From Candidatus Iainarchaeum sp. (lineage in GTDB: Archaea > Nanobdellota > Nanobdellia > Pacearchaeales > GW2011-AR1): a DNA stretch of 64,000 nt. Shown here piece by piece: positions 18,470 through 26,916 of this stretch. The stretch lies in assembly GCA_043815085.1 (NCBI GenBank), contig JBDRJG010000001.1, positions 1,594 through 65,593 on the forward strand, given 5' to 3'. Both the position numbers and the translations under genes were made by a program. The notes below the pieces were generated by a model that saw only the letters and a list, made by a program, of their open reading frames with translations, searched no databases and was not told where the DNA came from. The first letter of the stretch is position 1. The number at the start of each line of letters is the position of its first letter.

Positions 18470-19264
18470 ATGAAAGCAAAAGTATATGATACAAATGGAA
18501 AAGAAAAATCTCAGGTAGAACTTCCTAAAGAATTTTCTGCTGTTATTCGAGAAGATGTTGTTGCAAAGGTTCTTGAAACAAAGAAAAAACAGCAACCTTA
18601 CTCTCCATCTCCTGTTGCTGGAAAACAGCATTCTGCAAAAGGAAAAGTTAGACATAAAAGACACGTCTGGAGAAGCGGTTATGGAAGAGGTCAATCAAGA
18701 GTTCCAAGAAAAATATTTTCAAGAAAAGGTTCTCAATTCATTTGGCAAGGAGCTGAAGTCCCCCAAGCAAGAGGGGGTATGAGAGCGCATCCTCCAAAGG
18801 TTGTACAATTCTTAAGAGATTTAAAAATAAACAAAAAAGAACTGAGAATTGCTTTTGAATCTGCATTGAGTTCAACTGCAAATGAAAAATATGTTCTAAA
18901 AAAATATTCTAATCTTGAAAAAATTGATAAAAAAGTCCCATTAGTTCTTGTCTCAAACATTACAGAATTGAAAATAAAAGAACTGCTTAATGCATTAAAG
19001 AATATTCTTGGAAAAGAATTATTTGGGATAGCAATAAGAAAGAAATCTGTTCGAGCAGGAAAAGGAAAACTTCGAGGAAGAAAATATAAATCTAGTGCTG
19101 GAATGCTTTTTGTTTTAGGAAATAATGAAAAATTAAAAACAAATGCATTTGAAGTAAAAAGAGTCAAAGAACTAAATGTATTTGATTTAGCTAAAGGTGG
19201 TCTAGGAAGATTAACAATTTACACTGAAAAAGCAATTAGAGATTTAGGAGAAAAAAGAAAATGA
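18470..19264 (+). CDS. rpl4: ribosomal protein uL4
   Basis: 264 aa. Archaeal L4 signature (SWGTGRAVARIPRV-like region: HSAKGKVRHKRHVWRSGYGRGQSRVPRK). Confidence 0.9.
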   Translation: MKAKVYDTNGKEKSQVELPKEFSAVIREDVVAKVLETKKKQQPYSPSPVAGKQHSAKGKVRHKRHVWRSGYGRGQSRVPRKIFSRKGSQFIWQGAEVPQARGGMRAHPPKVVQFLRDLKINKKELRIAFESALSSTANEKYVLKKYSNLEKIDKKVPLVLVSNITELKIKELLNALKNILGKELFGIAIRKKSVRAGKGKLRGRKYKSSAGMLFVLGNNEKLKTNAFEVKRVKELNVFDLAKGGLGRLTIYTEKAIRDLGEKRK

Positions 19265-19503
19265 ACCTAAAACCATTAGCAACTGAAAAAGCAATAATGA
19301 AAATAGAAGCTGAAAATATTTTAACATTCGTAACTGAATTAAAAGCGACAAAATCTGAAATAAAAAAGGATATTGAAGAATTATTCAGGGTCAAGATTGA
19401 TAAAATATCCACTCAAATAAGAAACAATCAAAAGATTGCTTATGTTAAATTAAACAAAAAAGATCTTGCAATTGATGTTGCAACTAAATTGGGATTGATG
19501 TAA
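19261..19503 (+). CDS. rpl23: ribosomal protein uL23
   Basis: 80 aa. Conserved L23 fold signature. Operon position between L4 and L2. Confidence 0.85.
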   Translation: MNLKPLATEKAIMKIEAENILTFVTELKATKSEIKKDIEELFRVKIDKISTQIRNNQKIAYVKLNKKDLAIDVATKLGLM

Positions 19504-19504
19504 A

Positions 19505-20200
19505 ATGGGAAAAAGAATAATTCAACAAGCGCGCGGGCACGGAAGTATGACTTATCAGGCAAAGAAAAAATCTTTTGTCTATAAAATTCAATATCCAAGG
19601 AAACTCCAAGGAGAAGGAACAGTTATAAAGTTGATAAATTCTTCTGCACATAGTGCGCCACTGGCTAAAGTCTTGTACAATGAAGGAAGTTTCTACATTC
19701 CTGCCTTTAAAGAAATGGTTGAAGGCCAAAAAATTTCTTTTGAAGGGGAATTGAAAAATGGGAGCATTCTTCCTCTGGAAAAGATACCAATTAAAACATT
19801 TATATACTGCATTGAATCTCGCCCGGGAGATGGGGGAAAATTTATTAAAACAGCTGGAAGCAATGCGATTGTAACAAGAGTTGTTGGAAATCAGATTTTA
19901 GTTTTAATGCCTTCAAAAAAGGAAAAAAAATTTAATCCAAAATGCAGAGCAATAATAGGGCAGATTGCAGGACATGGAAGATTAGATAAGCCAATTATAA
20001 AGGCCGGAAAAATGCATTATATTAAAAAATCAAAAAATAAATTATGGCCTAGAACAAGCGCAGTTAAAATGAATGCAATAGATCATCCTTTTGGTTCGGG
20101 TAGAGGAAAGAATATTAAGAGCAAAATTGCAAAGCGAAATGCACCTGCTGGAAGAAAAGTTGGCTTAATTAGACCAAAAAGAACAGGTAAAAAGAAATAA
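19505..20200 (+). CDS. rpl2: ribosomal protein uL2
   Basis: 231 aa. MGKRIIQQARGHGS at the N-terminus and the conserved AIDHPFGSGRGKN motif. Confidence 0.9.
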   Translation: MGKRIIQQARGHGSMTYQAKKKSFVYKIQYPRKLQGEGTVIKLINSSAHSAPLAKVLYNEGSFYIPAFKEMVEGQKISFEGELKNGSILPLEKIPIKTFIYCIESRPGDGGKFIKTAGSNAIVTRVVGNQILVLMPSKKEKKFNPKCRAIIGQIAGHGRLDKPIIKAGKMHYIKKSKNKLWPRTSAVKMNAIDHPFGSGRGKNIKSKIAKRNAPAGRKVGLIRPKRTGKKK

Positions 20201-20201
20201 A

Positions 20202-20507
20202 ATGGAAATAACAAATATGTATAATACTTTGAACGGAAATGAATGTCAAAAACATTTAGAAAAGTTAATTAAAAATGAAGCAGAAGGGAGAATAGTAATT
20301 TGGGGGCACAAACATAAAATTGATGTTGAGGATAGCAACACTTTTCATAACATAGCTCAAGAAATGAAGGTCAAAAATATTAACAATTTTTGTGGAGGGT
20401 TACATTATATTGGAGAGGTTGAAAAAGAACTTTGGACAATTTGCCTAGATGATGAATTAAATCAAGCTTTTTTAGACAAATATGGGGAGGAATATCAAAT
20501 TAATTAA
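20202..20507 (+). CDS. hypothetical protein (101 aa) inserted between rpl2 and rps19
   Basis: It starts 2 nt after the L2 stop. The first codons MEIT and 18 nt around the start are identical to the start of rps19 (direct repeat 20199-20216 / 20505-20522). Cys/His-containing. No known family. Confidence 0.5.
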   Translation: MEITNMYNTLNGNECQKHLEKLIKNEAEGRIVIWGHKHKIDVEDSNTFHNIAQEMKVKNINNFCGGLHYIGEVEKELWTICLDDELNQAFLDKYGEEYQIN

Positions 20508-20508
20508 A

Positions 20509-20904
20509 ATGGAAATAACAAAAAAACAAATTACATATAAGGGAAAGACTATTGAAGAGCTGAAAGCCTTGGATGTTCGTGAATTTGCCAAATATCTTCC
20601 GTCAAGAGGAAGGAGAAGTGTTCTCAGAAATTTCCAGAAAATTGAATATTTTACTAAGAGAGCAAAAGAGAAAATTGAAAGAGGAAAAAAGATAAAAACT
20701 CATAATCGAGGATTGGTTATTGTGCCCCAGCTAATCGGAATGAATATTCAAGTTCATAATGGAAGAGCTTTTTTACCTGTTCAAATTGAGCCAGAAATGC
20801 TTGGACACAGATTAGGAGAGATGGCTCTTACAAGATCAAAAGTAACACACAGTAAAGCAGGTGTTGGAGCAACAAAAGGAAGTAAACATAAGGCTAAAAA
20901 ATAA
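20509..20904 (+). CDS. rps19: ribosomal protein uS19
   Basis: MEITKKQITYKGKTIEELKAL...GLVIVPQLIGMNIQVHNGRAFLPVQIEPEMLGHRLGEMALTR matches S19. The ORF-track start at 20482 is an upstream in-frame extension. Confidence 0.85.
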   Translation: MEITKKQITYKGKTIEELKALDVREFAKYLPSRGRRSVLRNFQKIEYFTKRAKEKIERGKKIKTHNRGLVIVPQLIGMNIQVHNGRAFLPVQIEPEMLGHRLGEMALTRSKVTHSKAGVGATKGSKHKAKK

Positions 20905-20906
20905 AA

Positions 20907-21548
20907 ATGACTGAAAAAAGTTACAACCCAAATCAAAAGGAAAAAAAGGCAATGAAAAAACAGCCGAAGCAGATAGAAGCTAAACCAAAACAGCCAGAAA
21001 AAATTGAAACTCCGATAGCTGAAGCTAAACCAAAACAGGAAGAAACTGGTTCAGAAAAAACAGAAGAAAAAAAAATAGATGAAACTTCAAAAACTGAAAA
21101 ACCAGAAGAAAAAAAATCTGAATCAAAAAAACCTGCTAAAAAGATTAAAAAAGAAATTGTGATGGTGAATGCAAAAAGTGTCCCTATTTCTACAAAATAT
21201 GCAATTTATATCTGTAAATTTGTCAAAGGAAAAAGAATAGAAGATGCTATAAGAGATTTAGAGCAGGTTATACTATTAAAAAAAGTTGTTCCAATGAAAG
21301 GAGAATATGCACATCAAAAAGGAAAAGGAATAAGTGGAGGAAAATTCCCTCAAAGAGCTGCAAAATCTTTCATAGTCTTGCTTAAAAGTCTTGCAGGAAA
21401 TGCAAACAATCATGAAATCAACGAACCAATAATAACTGAAGCAATTGCGAACCAAGCTGCAATGCCCTTCGGAAGATTTGGAAGAGTGAGAAGAAAGAGA
21501 ACACACATTACAATTAAAGCAAGAGAAGCAAAGGAGAAGAAAAAATGA
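20907..21548 (+). CDS. rpl22: ribosomal protein uL22 with a roughly 85-aa K/E/P-rich N-terminal extension
   Basis: 213 aa. The C-terminal 130 aa match L22 (AKSVPISTKYAIYICKFVKGKRIEDAIRDLEQV...). The N-terminus is low-complexity (KPKQ/EEKK repeats). Confidence 0.85.
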   Translation: MTEKSYNPNQKEKKAMKKQPKQIEAKPKQPEKIETPIAEAKPKQEETGSEKTEEKKIDETSKTEKPEEKKSESKKPAKKIKKEIVMVNAKSVPISTKYAIYICKFVKGKRIEDAIRDLEQVILLKKVVPMKGEYAHQKGKGISGGKFPQRAAKSFIVLLKSLAGNANNHEINEPIITEAIANQAAMPFGRFGRVRRKRTHITIKAREAKEKKK

Positions 21549-21805
21549 ATAACATAGTAAAATACACCGCCATACAAAAAATGTTTGAATCTTCAAAAGA
21601 GTTAATTGAACAGTTAAAGAGCCCCGAGGTATTGATAAGGACTTTGAAAAAATATGTTAATGAAGGATTAGAAGCATATAAAGAAAAAAATACAGATTCG
21701 TTTCAATTTAATAATCGTTTATATCAAGTTACTTTTGACAGAGCGAAAAAAGTAGGGGTGAATATTTCGGAATATCCAATAATATTGGAGGCACTAATGA
21801 ATTAA
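21545..21805 (+). CDS. hypothetical protein (86 aa) inserted between rpl22 and rps3
   Basis: Its ATG overlaps the L22 stop (ATGA). It ends 1 nt before the S3 start. No known family. Confidence 0.5.
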   Translation: MNNIVKYTAIQKMFESSKELIEQLKSPEVLIRTLKKYVNEGLEAYKEKNTDSFQFNNRLYQVTFDRAKKVGVNISEYPIILEALMN

Positions 21806-21806
21806 A

Positions 21807-22499
21807 ATGGAAGAAAAACAAATTGTAAAATTCAAAAAAGATGAATTTGCCATTCGCGAGTCAATTAAAAAAATGCTTGGCAAAGGAAAAGTTAGCAAGA
21901 TTAGAATCGAATACACTCCAGTTGGAGAAAAAGTAATAATCTCAACAAGCAAGCCTGGCTTAATTATCGGAAGAGGAGGGGAAAAATTAAATGAGATTAC
22001 AGAGCATCTAAAGAAAAATTTCAAATTTGAAAATCTGCATATTGAAATTGAAGAAATAACCTCTCCTGAATTTGATGCGCAGATAATTGCAGATGATATT
22101 GCATTAGGATTGGAGAGATTTGGTCCATTAAAATTTAAGGTAATTGTATATCGAACACTCGAAAGAATAATGAGAGCTGGAGCACTTGGATGCGAGATAA
22201 GATTGGGGGGAAAACTTCCAGGTTCAAGAGCAAAATCATGGAGATTCGCCCAAGGATATTTAATAAAAACAGGAGATGGTGCAAAAGTTGTGGACAGAGC
22301 CCAGTCACGAGCAGAAACAAAACCTGGAACTGTTGGAATAAAAGTAAGTATACTTTCTCCGCATGCAATATTAAAAGATAAAATAGACATTAATGAAGAA
22401 TTAATAAAACAATTAAAGACAAATTCAAAAGAATTAGAGGAAAAATCAATCAAGAAAATAAAAAAATCCCGCAAAAAAATGGGAAGTAAAAAGAAATGA
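21807..22499 (+). CDS. rps3: ribosomal protein uS3 (KH domain) with a K-rich C-terminal tail
   Basis: 230 aa. KH-domain region GLIIGRGGEKLNEITEHLKKNF. Conserved SWRFAQGYLIKTGDGAKV. Confidence 0.9.
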   Translation: MEEKQIVKFKKDEFAIRESIKKMLGKGKVSKIRIEYTPVGEKVIISTSKPGLIIGRGGEKLNEITEHLKKNFKFENLHIEIEEITSPEFDAQIIADDIALGLERFGPLKFKVIVYRTLERIMRAGALGCEIRLGGKLPGSRAKSWRFAQGYLIKTGDGAKVVDRAQSRAETKPGTVGIKVSILSPHAILKDKIDINEELIKQLKTNSKELEEKSIKKIKKSRKKMGSKKK

Positions 22500-22684
22500 A
22501 ATACAAAGAAATATCAAAAATGACTCAGGAAGAAAGAGACAAAAAGATAAGAGAATTAAAAATGGAACTGATTAAATCTAAGACAAAAACTTCAAAAACA
22601 GGGAATCCTAAACAAATTAAAAAAATAATTGCAAGAATACTAACGTTCAATACCTCTAAATTGGGAGTATTGAAGAACAAATAA
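22496..22684 (+). CDS. rpl29: ribosomal protein uL29
   Basis: 62 aa helical protein. MTQEERDKKIRELKMELIKSK is the typical L29 motif. Overlaps the S3 stop. Confidence 0.8.
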   Translation: MKYKEISKMTQEERDKKIRELKMELIKSKTKTSKTGNPKQIKKIIARILTFNTSKLGVLKNK

Positions 22685-22688
22685 AAAC

Positions 22689-22988
22689 ATGGAAATAGAT
22701 CCAACAACAGGATTGCCTTTAGAGGCAATAGAATGGGAAAACCTCACAAGGGGTTCGCAAAGGATAACCGTGAAAACAGACAAAAAACGATATGGAAAAC
22801 TCGTGACTGTTATAAGTGGATTTGACAAGGGAGTCGATGTGAAGAAAATCGCAAAAAGTCTGAAAAATGAACTGGCTTGCGGTGGAACTTACAAAGACGA
22901 TAAAATAGAACTCCAAGGAGACCACATGAGAAAAATAAAACCAATTTTGGTAAGACTTGGTTTTGACAACAACTCAGTAGAGGAATAA
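22689..22988 (+). CDS. sui1: translation initiation factor SUI1 (aIF1)
   Basis: 99 aa. GKLVTVISGFDKGVDVKKIAKSLKNELACGGTYKDDKIELQGDHMRKIKPILVRLGF matches the SUI1 core. Confidence 0.85.
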   Translation: MEIDPTTGLPLEAIEWENLTRGSQRITVKTDKKRYGKLVTVISGFDKGVDVKKIAKSLKNELACGGTYKDDKIELQGDHMRKIKPILVRLGFDNNSVEE

Positions 22989-23004
22989 ACATTCAAAAAA
23001 CAAA

Positions 23005-23340
23005 ATGGCAAAAAAAGAAAAAACAAAAGTAGAAGCAAGAGAAATAGTTGAAGCTAAAATTGACAGGAGAGTGGGAACCAGGGGGAAAATATTTGAAGGT
23101 ATTGTAACTAAAAAATTTCCTAAAAGAGTTGTTATTGAATTTGAGAGAATGATTTATGTAAAAAAATATGAGAGATACGCTAAATTAAAAACAAAAATAC
23201 ACGCAAGATTGCCTAAAATTCTTGAAAAAGAAATTAATTTAGGTGATTTAATAAGAGTTCATGAATGCAGACCATTGAGCAAAATTATACATTTTGTTAT
23301 TATTTCAAAAGTTAAAGATGCCAAGGAGGTTGGAAAATGA
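23005..23340 (+). CDS. rps17: ribosomal protein uS17
   Basis: 111 aa. GIVTKKFPKRVVIEFERMIYVKKYERYAKLKTKIHAR is the S17 OB-fold signature. Confidence 0.85.
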   Translation: MAKKEKTKVEAREIVEAKIDRRVGTRGKIFEGIVTKKFPKRVVIEFERMIYVKKYERYAKLKTKIHARLPKILEKEINLGDLIRVHECRPLSKIIHFVIISKVKDAKEVGK

Positions 23341-23738
23341 AAGCTATAAGTGCACGGGGAACAGAAGCATTAAATCTTGGGGCAAATCTAATTGCAGCAG
23401 ACAATAGCGGAGCTAAGATTGTTCGACTAGTTTCAGTAAAAAAAGCAAAGGCAAAAAAAGCTAAGCAGGTTGCTGCAAAAATTGCTGACTGGGTAAAAGT
23501 TTCAGTAAGAAAAGGTGTTCCAGACATGAAAGGAAAAGTTTTCGACGCTGTTATAATAAGGCAAAAAAAACCATATAGAAGATTGAATGGGGAAAGGGTT
23601 GGATTTGAAGACAATGCAGTTGCAATATTAAAGGACGATAAAGGAAATCCAAAAGGAACTCGAATTAAAGGGCCAATTGCAAGGGAGGTTCAGGAGAGAT
23701 GGGTGCAAGTTGCCAAAATCGCTTCAATAGTATATTAA
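23337..23738 (+). CDS. rpl14: ribosomal protein uL14
   Basis: 133 aa. ADNSGAKIVRLVSV and the C-terminal GPIAREV motifs. Confidence 0.9.
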   Translation: MKAISARGTEALNLGANLIAADNSGAKIVRLVSVKKAKAKKAKQVAAKIADWVKVSVRKGVPDMKGKVFDAVIIRQKKPYRRLNGERVGFEDNAVAILKDDKGNPKGTRIKGPIAREVQERWVQVAKIASIVY

Positions 23739-23739
23739 A

Positions 23740-24177
23740 ATGAAAAAGAAATTTTCAAAACACTGGAAAGCAAGTTCTCAGCCGAGAAAACAAAGAAAGT
23801 ACAGAGCGAATGCCCCAATCCATCTCAGAAAAAAGTTTGTGAGTATAAATTTGTCAAAAGAACTTAGAAAAAAAGAAGGAAAAAGAAATCTTCCAGTTAT
23901 AAAAAATGATAAAGTAAAAATATGTAGAGGAAAATTTAAAGGGAAGGAAGGAAAGGTTCTTGAAGTTAATTTAAAAAGAGCAAAAATTATTGTTGAAGGA
24001 ATTCAGGTTAAAAAGATGGACGGCTCAAAAGCGAATGTAAAAATGCAACCTTCAAATTTGCAAATTATTGAACTTGTTGAAAGAAAAAAGAAGCAAATTA
24101 AAGAAAATAAAAAAAGTGAGAAAAAAACTATTAAAAAGGAAACAAAAGATAAAACTAAACTGGAGGAGAAAAAATGA
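23740..24177 (+). CDS. rpl24: ribosomal protein uL24 (KOW) with a K-rich C-terminal extension
   Basis: 145 aa. KNDKVKICRGKFKGKEGKVLEVN is the KOW motif. Confidence 0.85.
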   Translation: MKKKFSKHWKASSQPRKQRKYRANAPIHLRKKFVSINLSKELRKKEGKRNLPVIKNDKVKICRGKFKGKEGKVLEVNLKRAKIIVEGIQVKKMDGSKANVKMQPSNLQIIELVERKKKQIKENKKSEKKTIKKETKDKTKLEEKK

Positions 24178-24824
24178 GTCATCTAAAAAGACAATCAGTA
24201 CCAAAAAGCTGGCCTATACCAAGAAAAGGGACTACTTTTGTGGTTAAACCAAATTTTGGATTTTCAAAAGGAATGCCCCTATTGATTATTCTAAGAGACA
24301 TGCTAAAAATAGCCAAAGACAGAAAAGAAGTGAAAAAAGCTATTCATTTTAAGAGCATATTGGTAAATGGAAGAGAAGCGAGAGACGAAAGAGAAGGCAT
24401 ATTGTTATTTGATGTCATAACAATTGTTCCATCTAAAAAAAATTATAGACTTACTCTCTCTACAAAAGGAAAATTTGAATTGAAAGAAATAAAAGAAAAT
24501 GAAGCAAGTTCTAAAATAGCAAAAATTATAGGAAAAAAGATTCTAAAAGGAAAGAAAGTTCAATTAAATTTAAGTGATGGGAGAAATTTCCTTTCAGATG
24601 CAAAGTGTAGAACAAATGATTCGGTTCTTATTAATTTTAAAAAGAAAAAAATTGAAAAATGTCTTTTTCTAAGGGAAAACTCAAATGTATTTGTTTTTGC
24701 TGGAAAACATTCAGGAACAGCCGGTAAAATTGAGAAAATCAATGAAGAAAAGAAAATGGCAAGTATAGAAAAGGGTAATGAAAAAATTAATGTTTTAATT
24801 AAACAGTTTATGGTAATTGAATAA
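24174..24824 (+). CDS. rps4e: ribosomal protein S4e
   Basis: 216 aa. MSHLKRQSVPKSWPIPRKGTTFVVKP is the S4e N-terminus. Confidence 0.85.
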   Translation: MSHLKRQSVPKSWPIPRKGTTFVVKPNFGFSKGMPLLIILRDMLKIAKDRKEVKKAIHFKSILVNGREARDEREGILLFDVITIVPSKKNYRLTLSTKGKFELKEIKENEASSKIAKIIGKKILKGKKVQLNLSDGRNFLSDAKCRTNDSVLINFKKKKIEKCLFLRENSNVFVFAGKHSGTAGKIEKINEEKKMASIEKGNEKINVLIKQFMVIE

Positions 24825-25365
24825 AATGAAAGAAAAATCAAAATTAATTAAAGAGAGAGAAAACGAAAAGGAAAACCCAATGAGAAAAATAAAAATTGAA
24901 AAAATAACTCTAAGTGTAGGCGGAACCGGAGAAACCCTTGAAAAAGGCTTCAAACTTTTGAAGTTCCTGACAGGAAGAACCCCTGCAAAAATGAAATCTA
25001 GAAAAAGAATTCCAACTCTTGGAGTTAGGCCCGGACTTGAAATTGGGGCAGTTGTTACAATTAGGAAAAATGCAGGAGAATTTTTGAAGAGACTATTAAA
25101 TACATTCGATAATGTTTTAAGAAAAAAACAAATAAGTGAAAATAATTTTTCATTTGGAATAAAAGAGTATATAGAAATACCGGGAACTGAATATCAAAGA
25201 GAGATTGGAATTATGGGGTTGGATGTAAGTGTGATATTTAAAAGAACAGGAAGAAGAGTGAGATTGAAAAAAATAAAGGGGGGGAAAGTTCCTAAAAAAC
25301 AAATGATTTCAAAAGAAGAAATAATTAAATTTATGGAAGAGACTTTCTCTACGGGGTTTATATAA
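24817..25365 (+). CDS. rpl5: ribosomal protein uL5
   Basis: 182 aa. NPMRKIKIEKITLSVGG matches the archaeal L5 N-terminus. Also GLDVSVIFKR. A short extra N-terminal extension is possible; the alternative start is M22. Confidence 0.85.
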   Translation: MNKMKEKSKLIKERENEKENPMRKIKIEKITLSVGGTGETLEKGFKLLKFLTGRTPAKMKSRKRIPTLGVRPGLEIGAVVTIRKNAGEFLKRLLNTFDNVLRKKQISENNFSFGIKEYIEIPGTEYQREIGIMGLDVSVIFKRTGRRVRLKKIKGGKVPKKQMISKEEIIKFMEETFSTGFI

Positions 25366-25595
25366 TGACCGCGAGTGATTGGAAAAAAATATTGAAACAG
25401 CTCGATGCTAAACCAGTTATAAAACAGAAATATATAAAACATAATAAACCGAGAGAAAGAAAGACAGGAATTGCTGCCAAAAAATGCGAGAGATGCGGAA
25501 GATTTGGAGCACATATAAAATCATACGGATTAAATTTATGTCGACACTGCGTTAGAGGAATAGCAGTTGAAATCGGCTTTCAAAAATACAGTTAA
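25365..25595 (+). CDS. rps14: ribosomal protein uS14 (Zn-binding type Z)
   Basis: CERCGRFGAHIKSYGLNLCRHCVRGIAVEIGFQKYS is the C4 zinc-ribbon S14 signature. 76 aa including an N-terminal extension. Confidence 0.8.
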   Translation: MTASDWKKILKQLDAKPVIKQKYIKHNKPRERKTGIAAKKCERCGRFGAHIKSYGLNLCRHCVRGIAVEIGFQKYS

Positions 25596-25596
25596 A

Positions 25597-25986
25597 ATGG
25601 AAACAACAACAGAAATAAAAAATAATGAAAAAGAATATATGAAAGAAATAGATTTCCTTGGGGTGTTACAATTTCAATATTGGATAAATAAAAAATTATG
25701 TAGAGATAATCCAAATAAAGATTATGTCTTCTTAGATGAAGGACTGGGTAAAGGAGAATTTGTTAAATTGATTAAAGAAGGAGAAAAAATTATGGTAAAA
25801 ACTTTTGATATTAAGGGTTATGGTGATTTAGAAGGAAATCTAATTGAGGTTAAAACAGTAAAACAAGGGTACCCCTTAAGTGTATCTGTTTATAGAAATT
25901 TTGATAAAACAAAAGATTCTAAGAAACAACAAATTTATTATGATGCTCTTAAGAAATCTAAATTTTATAATGGAGTTAAAAACTAA
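25597..25986 (+). CDS. hypothetical protein (about 129 aa from METTTEIKNN) inserted between rps14 and rps8
   Basis: It starts 2 nt after the S14 stop and ends 2 nt before the S8 ATG. No known family. The ORF track's upstream start at 25567 overlaps S14. Confidence 0.5.
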   Translation: METTTEIKNNEKEYMKEIDFLGVLQFQYWINKKLCRDNPNKDYVFLDEGLGKGEFVKLIKEGEKIMVKTFDIKGYGDLEGNLIEVKTVKQGYPLSVSVYRNFDKTKDSKKQQIYYDALKKSKFYNGVKN

Positions 25987-25987
25987 A

Positions 25988-26368
25988 ATGTCACACGATG
26001 TAGTTGCAGACGCACTAAACATGATAAAGAATGCTCAAAAAGCTAGAAATGATACTGTTAGAATAGATAGAATCTCAAATCTACTTATAGAAATTCTTAA
26101 AATTATGAAACAGGAAAAAGCAATCAAGAAGTATAAGATTGATGCTAAGGAAAAATCAATAATGCTCACAATTGGAGAACTTGCTGAATGCAAGGCAATA
26201 AAGCCAAGATTCAGTTGCGATAAAAATCAAATAGAAAAATACAGAAGAAGATATCTGCCATCGAGAAATCTGGGAACTTTAATAATCTCCACAAACAAAG
26301 GATTAATGACCCATAAAGAAGCTCAAACTGAAAATGCGGGGGGTTGCTTAATTGCATATTTTTATTAA
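25988..26368 (+). CDS. rps8: ribosomal protein uS8
   Basis: MSHDVVADALNMIKNAQKARNDTV is the S8 N-terminus. The C-terminus is GGCLIAYFY. The ORF-track start at 25880 is a spurious upstream extension. Confidence 0.85.
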   Translation: MSHDVVADALNMIKNAQKARNDTVRIDRISNLLIEILKIMKQEKAIKKYKIDAKEKSIMLTIGELAECKAIKPRFSCDKNQIEKYRRRYLPSRNLGTLIISTNKGLMTHKEAQTENAGGCLIAYFY

Positions 26369-26369
26369 A

Positions 26370-26915
26370 ATGGTCAGAAAAAATTTACTGCAAGAAATTG
26401 AAATTCCAGAAAATGTTGAGATTGGGATAAATGGAAAAGAAATCTCGGTTAAAGGACCTGAAGGAGAAAATATAAGGAAATTTGATATTGAAAAAATTAA
26501 AATTGAGAAAAAAGATGGAAAAATAATAATTGAACATCCTTCAGCTACAAAAAAGGAAAAAAGGAAAATTAATACGATAATTGCACATCTAAAAAACATG
26601 ATTCGGGGAGTTCAGAAAAAATTTGAATATAAGCTGAAAATATGCGCGGTTCATTTTCCAATAACAATTGAGATTAAAGGGAATAAAGTATTAATTAAAA
26701 ATTTTCTCGGAGAAAAAACACCAAGAAAATGTTCTATCCCGGAAGGGGCGGAGATAGAAATTAATAAAGATATTATAACCACAAAATCAGTGAACAGAGA
26801 AATTGCAGGACAGGCTGCTGCTAATTTCGAGGCTGCAACAAGAGTAAGAAACAGAGATAGGAGAGTTTTCCAGGATGGAATTTTCATAATCAATAAAATA
26901 GGAAAAGAGATATAA
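26370..26915 (+). CDS. rpl6: ribosomal protein uL6
   Basis: MVRKNLLQEIEIPENVEIGINGKEISVKGPEGE is the tandem L6 alpha/beta domain signature. Confidence 0.85.
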   Translation: MVRKNLLQEIEIPENVEIGINGKEISVKGPEGENIRKFDIEKIKIEKKDGKIIIEHPSATKKEKRKINTIIAHLKNMIRGVQKKFEYKLKICAVHFPITIEIKGNKVLIKNFLGEKTPRKCSIPEGAEIEINKDIITTKSVNREIAGQAAANFEAATRVRNRDRRVFQDGIFIINKIGKEI

Positions 26916-26916
26916 A

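Noticed and set aside
20482-20508. Upstream in-frame start for rps19 (MGRNIKLIK…)
   Set aside because: The S19 family N-terminus begins at MEITKK (20509). The extension overlaps the inserted ORF and derives from the duplicated 18-mer.
21794-22474. 226-aa minus-strand ORF across rps3, and similar antisense ORFs across the r-protein operon (18733-19167, 21276-21596, 22135-22368, 28593-28883 and others)
   Set aside because: They are antisense to highly conserved r-protein genes. This is the AT-rich shadow-ORF pattern.
25880-25987. Upstream extension of rps8 (MYLFIEILIKQ…)
   Set aside because: The S8 N-terminus is MSHDVVADALN at 25988. The extension overlaps the preceding ORF in another frame.
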